Positions 24,604-33,316 of a DNA stretch of 33,343 bases are shown here, piece by piece. Origin of the DNA: a virus (lineage: Duplodnaviria; Caudoviricetes). The position numbers and the translations under genes are program-made. The notes beneath the pieces were generated by a model. It saw nothing but the letters and a program-made list of their open reading frames with translations. It did not search any database and was not told the DNA's origin. The stretch spans positions 1 to 33,343 of IMG/VR virus record IMGVR_UViG_3300009161_000016; one strand, 5' to 3'. How positions within the stretch are numbered: the first letter of the stretch is position 1; each line of letters starts with the position of its first letter.

Positions 24604-25563
24604 ATGGCATTATCATTTTCAGGCATAAGTGCATATACTAAACAACAGATTGCACCTTTATTGACCGAAGCAGTTTTCTCTGCAAAAACACAAGAATTAA
24701 TTAAGTCTGGTGGTATCTTATTACCTAAGACTAAATCTGCGGTAGCGGTTCCTAAACTTGCTACAAATGCTAACTTCCAAGCTGATGCTTGCGGTTGGAA
24801 CGCAAGTGGTACAACTACTTTAAGCCAAGCAACAGTAACAGTTGGTAAAATCAAAATCGAAGAAGCAATTTGCCCTAAAGATTTTGAAGCCTACTTCTCT
24901 CAAGAGGCTTTAAGAGCGGGTTCTACTTACGAAGATTTTGGATGGACTGAATTTCAAGCTAAGTTTGCTGAACAAAAAAATAGAGTAATTGCTAAACAAT
25001 TAGAAGTTGCAATTTGGCAAGGCGATACTGATTCTGCTGTTGAAAACTTAAAGCGTTTCAATGGTTTAATTAAGTTAATCGACGCTGGTTCTCCAGTTGA
25101 TGCAAACGTTTCTGGATATGTATCCGGTGCGCCTATTTCAACTTTGACTTCTACTAACATTGTATCTGCTTTACAAGGTGTATACAAAGCTATCCCAGTT
25201 GAAATTGTTGACGCTGAAGATTTACATATCTTCGTAGGTTTTGATGCTTATCGTTTAGCGGTATTAGCTTATCAAGCATTGAATTTATACAACTACCAAG
25301 TTGACGGCAGCGCTGATAGAATGTTCGTTATTCCTGGAACTAACGCTAAGTTAGTAGCAGTAAACGGATTGAATGGCACTGGCGATATCTACGCAACAAC
25401 TTTGTCTAACATCGCAATGGCGTTTGACTTAGAAGCTGAAGAAGATAATTACACTATCTGGTATTCAAAAGACAATAACGAAGTTCGTTATAGAGTAGCT
25501 TTCAAATTAGGAGTTAACGTAGCTTACACACAATTTTGTGTTAAGTTCAAGTCAACAATCTAG
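24604..25563 (+). CDS. Major capsid protein (HK97 fold)
   Basis: 319 aa after the scaffold; ICPKDF, IWQGDT, FNGLIK motifs; codon usage typical of high expression; followed by a terminator. Confidence 0.85.
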   Translation: MALSFSGISAYTKQQIAPLLTEAVFSAKTQELIKSGGILLPKTKSAVAVPKLATNANFQADACGWNASGTTTLSQATVTVGKIKIEEAICPKDFEAYFSQEALRAGSTYEDFGWTEFQAKFAEQKNRVIAKQLEVAIWQGDTDSAVENLKRFNGLIKLIDAGSPVDANVSGYVSGAPISTLTSTNIVSALQGVYKAIPVEIVDAEDLHIFVGFDAYRLAVLAYQALNLYNYQVDGSADRMFVIPGTNAKLVAVNGLNGTGDIYATTLSNIAMAFDLEAEEDNYTIWYSKDNNEVRYRVAFKLGVNVAYTQFCVKFKSTI

Positions 25564-25582
25564 TTCTAATATTTAACCAAAG

Positions 25583-25614
25583 AAAGGCGGTGCAAAAAAC
25601 GCCGCCTTTTTTTT
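25583..25614 (+). terminator. Rho-independent terminator
   Basis: AAAGGCGGTG / CGCCGCCTTT stem running into a T8 tract. Confidence 0.85.
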
Positions 25615-25627
25615 AAACTTTTTTTTT

Positions 25628-26146
25628 ATGCCATGTGCAATAATTAGCGGATATACAATCGATTGCCGCGAAAACATAGGAGGATTAAAAGCCGTATATA
25701 TTGCCGAATTTGGTAATATTTCTGGCGTTACCGAAGTAAGTGGTTTAGTAACCGGAATTACTAAGGCAACTGGTAAGCGTTTTTATAAGTTTGAGGTGCC
25801 ACGTGCAACCGCTAACACTAATGCAAACGCAACTGGATCTGAAGAAAATGGATCATTGTTTTACACGCACCAAGTGGTTTTCCCTTTAAACAAAAGAGAT
25901 AGCACAACTGCAAACATAGTACGTACGTTAGCAAAATCAAAAGTAATGATTGTTACTTTAGATATGGACGGCAACTATCGTATGTTTGGTAAAGGTAACG
26001 GCCTTTATGTAGCTTCTACCGAGAATGGTAGCGGTACCGGAGCGGGCGATCGTAACGGGTACAATATAACTTTGACTGGCGTAGAGCCAGATGATTTCTT
26101 ACAAGTGAGTGCCGCAGTAGGTTTGGCGCTTGAAACTGCTGGTTAA
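25628..26146 (+). CDS. Major tail tube protein
   Basis: C...C..NIGGLKAVY, ENGSLFYTH, GDRNGYNITLTG pattern; flanked by terminators, consistent with an abundant protein. Confidence 0.7.
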   Translation: MPCAIISGYTIDCRENIGGLKAVYIAEFGNISGVTEVSGLVTGITKATGKRFYKFEVPRATANTNANATGSEENGSLFYTHQVVFPLNKRDSTTANIVRTLAKSKVMIVTLDMDGNYRMFGKGNGLYVASTENGSGTGAGDRNGYNITLTGVEPDDFLQVSAAVGLALETAG

Positions 26147-26189
26147 TTTTAACCAATTATTTAAAAAGTAAAGCAGTTATTTAATTACG

Positions 26190-26219
26190 CCCTACCTACA
26201 ATAAGTGGGTAGGGTTTTT
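26190..26219 (+). terminator. Rho-independent terminator
   Basis: CCCTACCTAC-AATAA-GTGGGTAGGG followed by T5. Confidence 0.8.
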
Positions 26220-26234
26220 AAATTTATAGACCTT

Positions 26235-26606
26235 ATGTTGCATATTTATAAAGGACAAAATAATGACTTAATATTTACCGGCCTTGAGTTGGCAACATTA
26301 ACGAACCCATATTATTTATTTATTTTTACCAGTGCTAACGAAAATATAGTTAAATTTGTGGGAACCAATATAAGCACCGATAATAGGTACCAAGATGTAC
26401 TTTGTTTACAAGCTACATTTAACACCCAAGAAAGTGGGACTTGGCGTTATAGAATACGTGAGCAAGCAAGTTCTAGTAATATCAACGAGGCTTTAAGTGG
26501 AAATATAGTTGAACAAGGATTTATGTATTTACACGATTCAACTGCATTTACACCGGTAGAGTACAATAATCAAGATAACGAATTTAAAACTTACAATGGT
26601 GAATAA
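26235..26606 (+). CDS. Hypothetical structural protein (possible head closure protein)
   Basis: Start placed at MLHIYKG because the GTG at 26205 lies inside the terminator stem; overlaps the portal start. Confidence 0.6.
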   Translation: MLHIYKGQNNDLIFTGLELATLTNPYYLFIFTSANENIVKFVGTNISTDNRYQDVLCLQATFNTQESGTWRYRIREQASSSNINEALSGNIVEQGFMYLHDSTAFTPVEYNNQDNEFKTYNGE

Positions 26607-28590
26607 ACAATATCAATTAGTAAAAGTAGAATTTGACCAAGCGCAACAACCTAAATTTGAAGAAAAGAAAGGTAAAAATTACGTTGAGTTTGGCGACCGA
26701 AACAATTACTCAAATTATTTAATAAGTCTTTTTGGCGAAAGTCCAAAGCATGGCGCTATTGTAAAAGGCAAAGTAAATTATATTTTCGGAAATGGCTTTG
26801 AAGATATACAAAAAAAAGCCAATACCCAAGGCGAAACATGGAACCAAATTTTAAAGCGTTCTATCCTAGATGATGAATTGCATGGAGGATTTTATTTGCA
26901 AGTACTATGGAATGCGCTAGGTAACATTGCCGAAGTGTACCACATAGAGTTTCAAAAAGTACGTGCTAGCAAAGATTTAAAAAAGTTCTATATTAAGGAT
27001 GACTGGGAACTAAGCGACTTTAAAGAAAAGGCCCGCGAATACCCAGCCTTTAACTTAAACGATAACCATGGCGCACAAATATTATTTGTAAAGCAGTACA
27101 ACCCAAAGTCGGATATTTATCCTTTACCAAGTTACTTCCAAGGTTTGAACTACATTGAAAGTGATATACAAGTAAGCCGACATATTTTAGGCAATGCAAA
27201 GCATAACTTTGTTGCAACTAAGTTAATTAATTTTAACAATGGGTTACCTCAAGAAGAAGAACAAGAAGAAGTTGAACGCGATTTAAAACGTAAGTTTGCC
27301 AACCACGACGGCGACCGCGTAGTAATTGCGTTTAACCCAAGTAAAGAAAACGCCGTCGATATTATCGACCTAGGCGAAACAAGTTTAACAAAAGAAGATT
27401 TTACAAATATTAATAATTTGATCCAGCAAGAAATTTTTGCTTGCCATCAAGTTACAAGCCCTACTTTATTTGGCATTAAGACCGAAGGGCAATTAGGCGC
27501 ACGTAATGAAATACGCGACGCATACCAAATTTTCCAAAACACTTACGTAAACGAGCGCCAACAAGAACACGAGCAAACTTTTACTAAGATTATGAATTTA
27601 GCCGGTATTCCTGGCGAACACACCATTACACCAGTGGAACCACTTAGCTTTGAATTTAGCGAGGCAGTATTAGCCGCTAATATGACACGCGATGAAATTA
27701 GGGAAAAGCTAGGCTTACAACCCGAAATGACCGCACCGGCGGCAAGTGGTACAACTACCTCGGTAGCACAACCAATGCAAGCAAACGATAGCATAAAGAA
27801 TTTAAGCGGACGCCAATATCAAAACGTGATGCGTATAGTACGCCAATTTGGTAGCGGTAAAATTAATAAGCAACAAGCTAGCTTAATGCTAAAAAGTGGC
27901 TTTGGCTTTACCGACGCCGACGTTAATACTTTTTTAGGCATAGATGAAGATCCTACAACGGAGTTTGCTGCCTTTGCCGAAACGCAAGACGAAATTCTTT
28001 TGAACGAGTTTGCGGCATGTGGCGACCATGTTAACGACTTTGATGTAGTTGATACCTACGAGGCTAAAAACTTTGAGCAATTTGCCGATACCGAGATCAA
28101 CAAACTTAAAGCTAACGTCCTAGACCTTATAAGCAAGGATAAGCGCGTTACACCCGAAACAATGGCAATAGTACTAGGCAAGGATGTAAGTGCCGTAAAT
28201 ACCGCCTTAAAAGCCCTACAAACCGAAGGTTATTTGAGCGTAATAGGTACGGAAGTAAATATATTGAATCCTAGATATGCACCTATTGTACGTGAATTGT
28301 TACAACCTTTAAGCACCATTCCAGGTGGCGACAAAACCACAACGACCGAAGTACTTTTAAGATATACTTACAATGGGCCAAGGGACGATAAAAATAGACC
28401 ATTTTGCGCACGTTTGCTACAATTAGCAGACACCAAACTTTGGAGCCGCTCCGACATTGAGAACATAAGCGAGCGTCTTGGTTATTCGGTTTGGGATAGA
28501 CGTGGTGGCTGGTTTACCGAGCCTAACGGCAACCATAGACCATATTGCCGCCATAGATGGGATGTAAAAGTAGTAACACGTAAAAAATAA
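26596..28590 (+). CDS. Portal protein with C-terminal wHTH-like and MuF-like extensions
   Basis: SPKHGAIV, YPLPSY, IFACHQVTSPTLFGI portal motifs; C-terminal YNGPRDDKNRPFC...GGW...YCRHRW. Confidence 0.8.
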   Translation: MVNKQYQLVKVEFDQAQQPKFEEKKGKNYVEFGDRNNYSNYLISLFGESPKHGAIVKGKVNYIFGNGFEDIQKKANTQGETWNQILKRSILDDELHGGFYLQVLWNALGNIAEVYHIEFQKVRASKDLKKFYIKDDWELSDFKEKAREYPAFNLNDNHGAQILFVKQYNPKSDIYPLPSYFQGLNYIESDIQVSRHILGNAKHNFVATKLINFNNGLPQEEEQEEVERDLKRKFANHDGDRVVIAFNPSKENAVDIIDLGETSLTKEDFTNINNLIQQEIFACHQVTSPTLFGIKTEGQLGARNEIRDAYQIFQNTYVNERQQEHEQTFTKIMNLAGIPGEHTITPVEPLSFEFSEAVLAANMTRDEIREKLGLQPEMTAPAASGTTTSVAQPMQANDSIKNLSGRQYQNVMRIVRQFGSGKINKQQASLMLKSGFGFTDADVNTFLGIDEDPTTEFAAFAETQDEILLNEFAACGDHVNDFDVVDTYEAKNFEQFADTEINKLKANVLDLISKDKRVTPETMAIVLGKDVSAVNTALKALQTEGYLSVIGTEVNILNPRYAPIVRELLQPLSTIPGGDKTTTTEVLLRYTYNGPRDDKNRPFCARLLQLADTKLWSRSDIENISERLGYSVWDRRGGWFTEPNGNHRPYCRHRWDVKVVTRKK

Positions 28591-28593
28591 AAT

Positions 28594-29163
28594 ATGAGCC
28601 TTAATATACTTTTTATAAACGAAGTCTTAATTAAAAGTCGCACCGGTATAAGCGACGCCATAGACGGCAAACAAATAAAACCAACTATAAAGCTAGCGCA
28701 AGATAAATATATTTTGCCGGCCCTAGGTAGTGGGCTTTACAATAGGTTGCAAGCTGGCGTAGATGCCAATAACTTAACAACTATTGAAAAAACATTACTA
28801 GACGACTACGTTACCGATGCTTTACTTTGGTTTACTATTGCCGAAATGGTAGTAGGTACAAGCTATCAATTTTTTAGTAAAGGGCTTTTGCAAAAAAGTG
28901 CTGAAGAAAGCAACAACCCAACCAAAGGCCAACTTGAATTATTAGAACGCAAATACATGGAAAACGGCGAGTTTTATAAACAACGCCTTATAGATTACCT
29001 ACGCGAAAATGCCGAACAATTTGCAACTTACTTAAACTATGGTAGTGGCTTTGATGCCATACCGCCACAAACAAAGGCTTACACTGCGCCTATATATTTA
29101 GGACGCCACCGCAATAGAACATTTTCAAACCTAGATTATCCTTATGAAGATACGAAGTTATAA
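28594..29163 (+). CDS. Head-tail adaptor/connector
   Basis: AQDKYILPALGSGLY...RLIDYL pattern; follows the portal gene. Confidence 0.55.
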   Translation: MSLNILFINEVLIKSRTGISDAIDGKQIKPTIKLAQDKYILPALGSGLYNRLQAGVDANNLTTIEKTLLDDYVTDALLWFTIAEMVVGTSYQFFSKGLLQKSAEESNNPTKGQLELLERKYMENGEFYKQRLIDYLRENAEQFATYLNYGSGFDAIPPQTKAYTAPIYLGRHRNRTFSNLDYPYEDTKL

Positions 29164-29198
29164 ACGCGAGTTCATAGACAAAGTAAAACAAAAATTTA

Positions 29199-29633
29199 AT
29201 GACTTACAACCAAGTAATAAAAACAATAAGGACACTACTAGAAAGCCATGCAATGATCCGAAGCGTGAAGAACGCGACGCCAAGGGAATGGCTATTTTTA
29301 AGTGATCAACCTATTTACCCTATTGCTTGCTATGCCATTAATAGTGGAAGTCTAAACATAGGACGCGAGCAAGTGTATAGCGTTACGCTTTGGTTTTTGG
29401 ATAAGGCTGGCATTGAAGCCGAGTTTGAGCCAGATGTAGCATCGGATCAACTTGGCATAGCGGCCGACATTATAAGTAAATTGCGCAATGCCGCTAATGA
29501 TTTTGAAATTGAAGATAATATTTCTTATAACTTTGTACTAGATAAGTTTGAAGATTATTTAAGTGGCGTAGAATTAACTTTTAACATGAACACAATATCG
29601 GACTTTGACGCGTGCGATATGCCTTTAAATTAA
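29199..29633 (+). CDS. Tail terminator/completion protein
   Basis: YP...WFLD...SDQLGIAADI...C-terminal CDMP pattern; position in the neck module. Confidence 0.55.
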   Translation: MTYNQVIKTIRTLLESHAMIRSVKNATPREWLFLSDQPIYPIACYAINSGSLNIGREQVYSVTLWFLDKAGIEAEFEPDVASDQLGIAADIISKLRNAANDFEIEDNISYNFVLDKFEDYLSGVELTFNMNTISDFDACDMPLN

Positions 29634-29639
29634 TAAACA

Positions 29640-29996
29640 ATGGGAATATATTTACAAGACTTTGCAAACCTTAACGGCGTAACCGCTACGCAAAGTAGTT
29701 GGCTGCAAGCAATATGTGAGGCTAACGGGGTAATGAATCCGGTTAACGGAACTTGGATTGAAGCGCTTGCAAGATTTATGGGTGCAACCGATGTAGTTAA
29801 CGGAACTTGGGAGCAAGCCTTAGTGCGTGTTATGGGTTTAAGTTTAAATGGAACTTGGATGCAAACTTTAGCCGAGCAAGGTTTTATAAGCGTAACCGAG
29901 GCAAATAGCTTTAGTACAAGAGTAATTGCTGCCAGTGGCATAGTTGAAGGATTTACTTGCTTTACTAATAAAATAAGATTTTTAAAATATAATTAA
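29640..29996 (+). CDS. Hypothetical protein with four ~17-18 aa Trp repeats and a C-terminal RV..SG.VEG.TC module
   Basis: QSSWLQAI, NGTWIEAL, NGTWEQAL, NGTWMQTL; GTTAACGGAACTTGG repeated at 29742 and 29796. Confidence 0.7.
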   Translation: MGIYLQDFANLNGVTATQSSWLQAICEANGVMNPVNGTWIEALARFMGATDVVNGTWEQALVRVMGLSLNGTWMQTLAEQGFISVTEANSFSTRVIAASGIVEGFTCFTNKIRFLKYN

Positions 29997-30007
29997 AAAA
30001 ATAAACT

Positions 30008-31798
30008 ATGGCATCTTTTTACGACAATGCTTCAATTATAACTATCCCTAGTGGATACAAAGTAGGCACCTTATATAGTGCAAAGCCAACCGACGGAACG
30101 GGCGATATGTCCTTTACAAGAACTGGCGACACCGCAACTAGATTAAATAGCGCTGGTATTATTGAAAGGTGTATTACTAACTTAGCCTTGCAATCAAACG
30201 TTTTTAGCAATGCGAGTTGGACAAAAGGAAACACGACAATAGCTACTGGGATAACTGATCCTAATGGTGGTACAACTGCGTTTTCTTTAGCTGGTAGTTC
30301 TTCAACTTCAAATACTAAAACAATTTCTCAATCGCCTTTTACTAGTTCAAGTGATATAAAAACATTTTCTATTTATGCTAAGGCAAATACACATTCATTT
30401 TTTCAAATAAGAACTTCGGCTAGTGCTTCGGTAAACTTTGATTTAACTACTGGGACTTTTCAACTAGGTAGTGGTCTTTCTGCAATTATGACTAGTATTG
30501 GTGGAGGTTGGTATCGTTGTCAAGTTACTAGTACTAGTGCTACTGCAAATACTTCTGCTGTAATCCAACTTGTTGATTCTTTATCTGCGGCGGTAAACGA
30601 AGCCTCAACAACTACAAACTCAATTTTTATTTGGCGCGCGCAAGCACAAACCGGCGACTTCGCTACAAATTATATTGATACAACAACCGCGGCGGTTACC
30701 GAAGGGCCGGTTACAAACCTACCACGTTTAGACTATTTTGGTAGCACATGCCCTCAATTATTAATGGAGCCGACAAGGACTAATTTAGAAACTTATAGCC
30801 AAATGTTTGATAATTCGGCATGGGTTAAAAATACTTCAAGTGTTAGTGGAAATGTTGCAGTTAGCCCTGATAGTTATACAAATGCAGATGCTTTAATTGA
30901 AGATAATACTAGTGGTATTCATTCTGTTGCAAAGGATTTAGCTTTTGTATCTGGTACAACATATACTTTTAGTTGTTTTGTAAAACAAGGAAGCGGAACT
31001 AGAAGATTTGCAATAGCTACACATGGCAGTGCTTTTGGTAGTACTTATGTATCTAATTTTAATTTACAAACCGGAGTAGTTACAAATTCAGCTGCACAAA
31101 TTGTTGGTAAAATTGAAAACTATGGCAATGGTTGGTATCGTTGCAGTGCGGTTGCAACTGCTACCGCAACAATTACTAGAGCAATTACTTTTTTCTTAAG
31201 AAGTACAGATACAGCTTCTTCTGCAAATTACACTGGCGACGGAACTTCTAGCTTATACCTTTGGGGTGCGCAAGTAGAAGCCGGCGCGTACGCTACAAGT
31301 TATATCCCAACAACCGCGGCGACTGTGACTAGGAACCAAGATTTATTTGCAAAAAGTACTATTACAAGTTTACTAGGACAAACCGAAGGAACTTTATTTT
31401 TAGACTTTTCATTCAATAGACAATTTGAAAACGTTGATATTTTTAGCTTAAACGATGGCACAATTTTAAATAGAGTTTCAATAGGTGTAACAGCTTCAAA
31501 TACTTTAACTGCTTTGGTTACAAGTGTGGGAGTTGATGTAGCTACTATTACAAGCACTATTTCGGTAGGTACAATGTATAAATGCGCGATAGCATATAAA
31601 GCAAATGATTTTATGCTTTATGTAAATGGTGTTCAAGCTGGTAGTGATACAAGCGGAATAGTTCCGGCTTCATTAACTAGGCTAGCAAGTGATGCGGGAA
31701 CTACAAGTACAAACCCTTTTGATTTTCCAATAAATCAAGCCTTAGTATTCAAAACACGTTTAACCAATGCCGAATTAGCAACCCTTACAACTTTATAA
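30008..31798 (+). CDS. Fibre/spike receptor-binding protein with two CBM-like beta-sandwich repeats and a C-terminal LamG/ConA-like domain
   Basis: Ser/Thr-rich; duplicated TNL..S..F....W / GWYRC / W.AQ...G..AT.YI.TT units; EGTLF...KCAIAY...LYVNG C-terminus. Confidence 0.75.
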   Translation: MASFYDNASIITIPSGYKVGTLYSAKPTDGTGDMSFTRTGDTATRLNSAGIIERCITNLALQSNVFSNASWTKGNTTIATGITDPNGGTTAFSLAGSSSTSNTKTISQSPFTSSSDIKTFSIYAKANTHSFFQIRTSASASVNFDLTTGTFQLGSGLSAIMTSIGGGWYRCQVTSTSATANTSAVIQLVDSLSAAVNEASTTTNSIFIWRAQAQTGDFATNYIDTTTAAVTEGPVTNLPRLDYFGSTCPQLLMEPTRTNLETYSQMFDNSAWVKNTSSVSGNVAVSPDSYTNADALIEDNTSGIHSVAKDLAFVSGTTYTFSCFVKQGSGTRRFAIATHGSAFGSTYVSNFNLQTGVVTNSAAQIVGKIENYGNGWYRCSAVATATATITRAITFFLRSTDTASSANYTGDGTSSLYLWGAQVEAGAYATSYIPTTAATVTRNQDLFAKSTITSLLGQTEGTLFLDFSFNRQFENVDIFSLNDGTILNRVSIGVTASNTLTALVTSVGVDVATITSTISVGTMYKCAIAYKANDFMLYVNGVQAGSDTSGIVPASLTRLASDAGTTSTNPFDFPINQALVFKTRLTNAELATLTTL

Positions 31799-31801
31799 TA
31801 T

Positions 31802-32056
31802 ATGCAATTTAGAAAATACGAAATGAAGCCTAGCGAATGGGCAACTTTAAAAGATACAATGCCGGAAGGAACTATTGCTATTGAATTGGGCTTTTTAAAC
31901 GAAGCTAATCCAACGGCGTATAGCTTAGATATTATTTGGCCGGATACCGAAGCCAAGAATTTTAGCAAATACAAAGTTTGGCCGGAGCCTATGGGTTACC
32001 ATTCTTTTGGGTACGATGTGGATCTTGATTACATAAATGCTTACAATAATAGATAA
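31802..32056 (+). CDS. Hypothetical fibre-associated protein
   Basis: Follows the fibre gene; IELG...DIIW...P.GYHSFG motif. Confidence 0.65.
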   Translation: MQFRKYEMKPSEWATLKDTMPEGTIAIELGFLNEANPTAYSLDIIWPDTEAKNFSKYKVWPEPMGYHSFGYDVDLDYINAYNNR

Positions 32057-32244
32057 TGACTCAAGATTCTAGCAATGCGTTAATAAATACCGGCGTAAGC
32101 ATGACCGCCGCAACTTTAACCATTACGCAAGTGCAACCATTAATAACAATGGTAGCTGGTTTGGTGGCAATAGTTTCTGGTATTATGGCAATACGCTACT
32201 ACTACAATGCAACTAAAAAAGTAAAACGCAATGAAGTTCCTTAA
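32056..32244 (+). CDS. Holin-like membrane protein
   Basis: Hydrophobic helix with a basic C-terminus in the lysis cassette. Confidence 0.6.
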   Translation: MTQDSSNALINTGVSMTAATLTITQVQPLITMVAGLVAIVSGIMAIRYYYNATKKVKRNEVP

Positions 32245-32422
32245 CACAATTTACGGAAGTTATATTAAAGTTTTTATAACCGCAGTGCTTACAATGGTTA
32301 TAAGTAAAGGCGATATTTTTGCCATTACTTTAAACGAAGTTATAAGCGCCGGCGCTATTGCAATACTACCAATTATTGTTAACTGGCTTAACCCACACGA
32401 TATACGTTATGGCAAGAATTAG
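32231..32422 (+). CDS. Holin-like membrane protein (2 TM)
   Basis: Two hydrophobic segments ending WLNPHDIRYG. Confidence 0.65.
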   Translation: MKFLNTIYGSYIKVFITAVLTMVISKGDIFAITLNEVISAGAIAILPIIVNWLNPHDIRYGKN

Positions 32423-32885
32423 CCTTATTTTACTTTTATTGCTTACGGCATGCAATCCATTACAAAAAGCACAAAGGCTTATTTTAGCCAACCCAGACGC
32501 AAGCGAGCGCATCTTTAGGGAACTTGAAAAGACACGCCCTTGCGCCAACGATACTGCTTTTGTTACTAATTTAGATACTTTAGTAACAACCGATACTATT
32601 ACTAACTACAAGCGTGATACTATCAATAATGTTATAACCTTAACCGAACAAGGTAAAACCATCTATAAAACTAGGGACATAGTTAAAATTCAAACCGGTT
32701 ACATAGTGGACGTGCGTAAAGTAGGCATATTGCTTGATAGCGTGCGATATTACAAGGTTTTATACAACACCGAACATAAGTACAAGCAACAAGCCGAACG
32801 CCGTTTTTGGTGGCTTATAATTGCAATAGTAGGGTTTATAATTTTAAAGCGTTACGTATGGTCATTAGTGAACATCTTACATTAG
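32409..32885 (+). CDS. Putative unimolecular spanin
   Basis: Signal peptide with lipobox MARISLILLLLLTA-C and a C-terminal TM FWWLIIAIVGFIIL-KR; lies between holins and endolysin. Confidence 0.7.
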   Translation: MARISLILLLLLTACNPLQKAQRLILANPDASERIFRELEKTRPCANDTAFVTNLDTLVTTDTITNYKRDTINNVITLTEQGKTIYKTRDIVKIQTGYIVDVRKVGILLDSVRYYKVLYNTEHKYKQQAERRFWWLIIAIVGFIILKRYVWSLVNILH

Positions 32886-33316
32886 GCGAACTTATTAGAT
32901 CCGATAGCGCAAAGCGTGCCGGCATTACCAATATGCCCAATGCCGAGCAAATTGAGAATCTTAAACAATTAGCCGAACATATCTTCGAGCCAATACGCAA
33001 TAACTTCCGCGTGCCTATTTATATTAGTAGTGGGTTCCGCTCGGTAGAACTTTGTAATTTAATTAAAGGCGCCGCAAAAAATAGCCAGCATTCTAGAGGG
33101 GAAGCCATTGACATTGATATGGATGGCCATAGCCACGATATAACAAATTCTGATATTTTTAATTATATAAAAGGGCATCTAAAGTTTGATCAACTTATCT
33201 GGGAACATGGAACGGCCACAAATCCGGACTGGGTGCATGTAAGTTACACAACAAAAAAACCCCTAAGAAACCAAGTCTTAAGGGCTTTAGATGGGGGTAA
33301 ATACGAGCCTATTTAG
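32858..33316 (+). CDS. Endolysin, peptidase M15 family
   Basis: SSGFRS, SQHSRGEAID, FDQLIWE, WVHVSY. Start placed at MVISEHL. Confidence 0.9.
   Translation: MVISEHLTLGELIRSDSAKRAGITNMPNAEQIENLKQLAEHIFEPIRNNFRVPIYISSGFRSVELCNLIKGAAKNSQHSRGEAIDIDMDGHSHDITNSDIFNYIKGHLKFDQLIWEHGTATNPDWVHVSYTTKKPLRNQVLRALDGGKYEPI

Noticed and set aside
29144-29305. 53-aa ORF (MKIRSYKREFIDKVKQKF...) bridging the adaptor and tail terminator genes
   Set aside because: Mostly overlaps the next gene and has no motif; it may be real but cannot be supported from sequence alone.
29640-31798. Diversity-generating retroelement targeting the fibre
   Set aside because: No reverse transcriptase, and no template/variable repeat pair differing only at adenines was seen.
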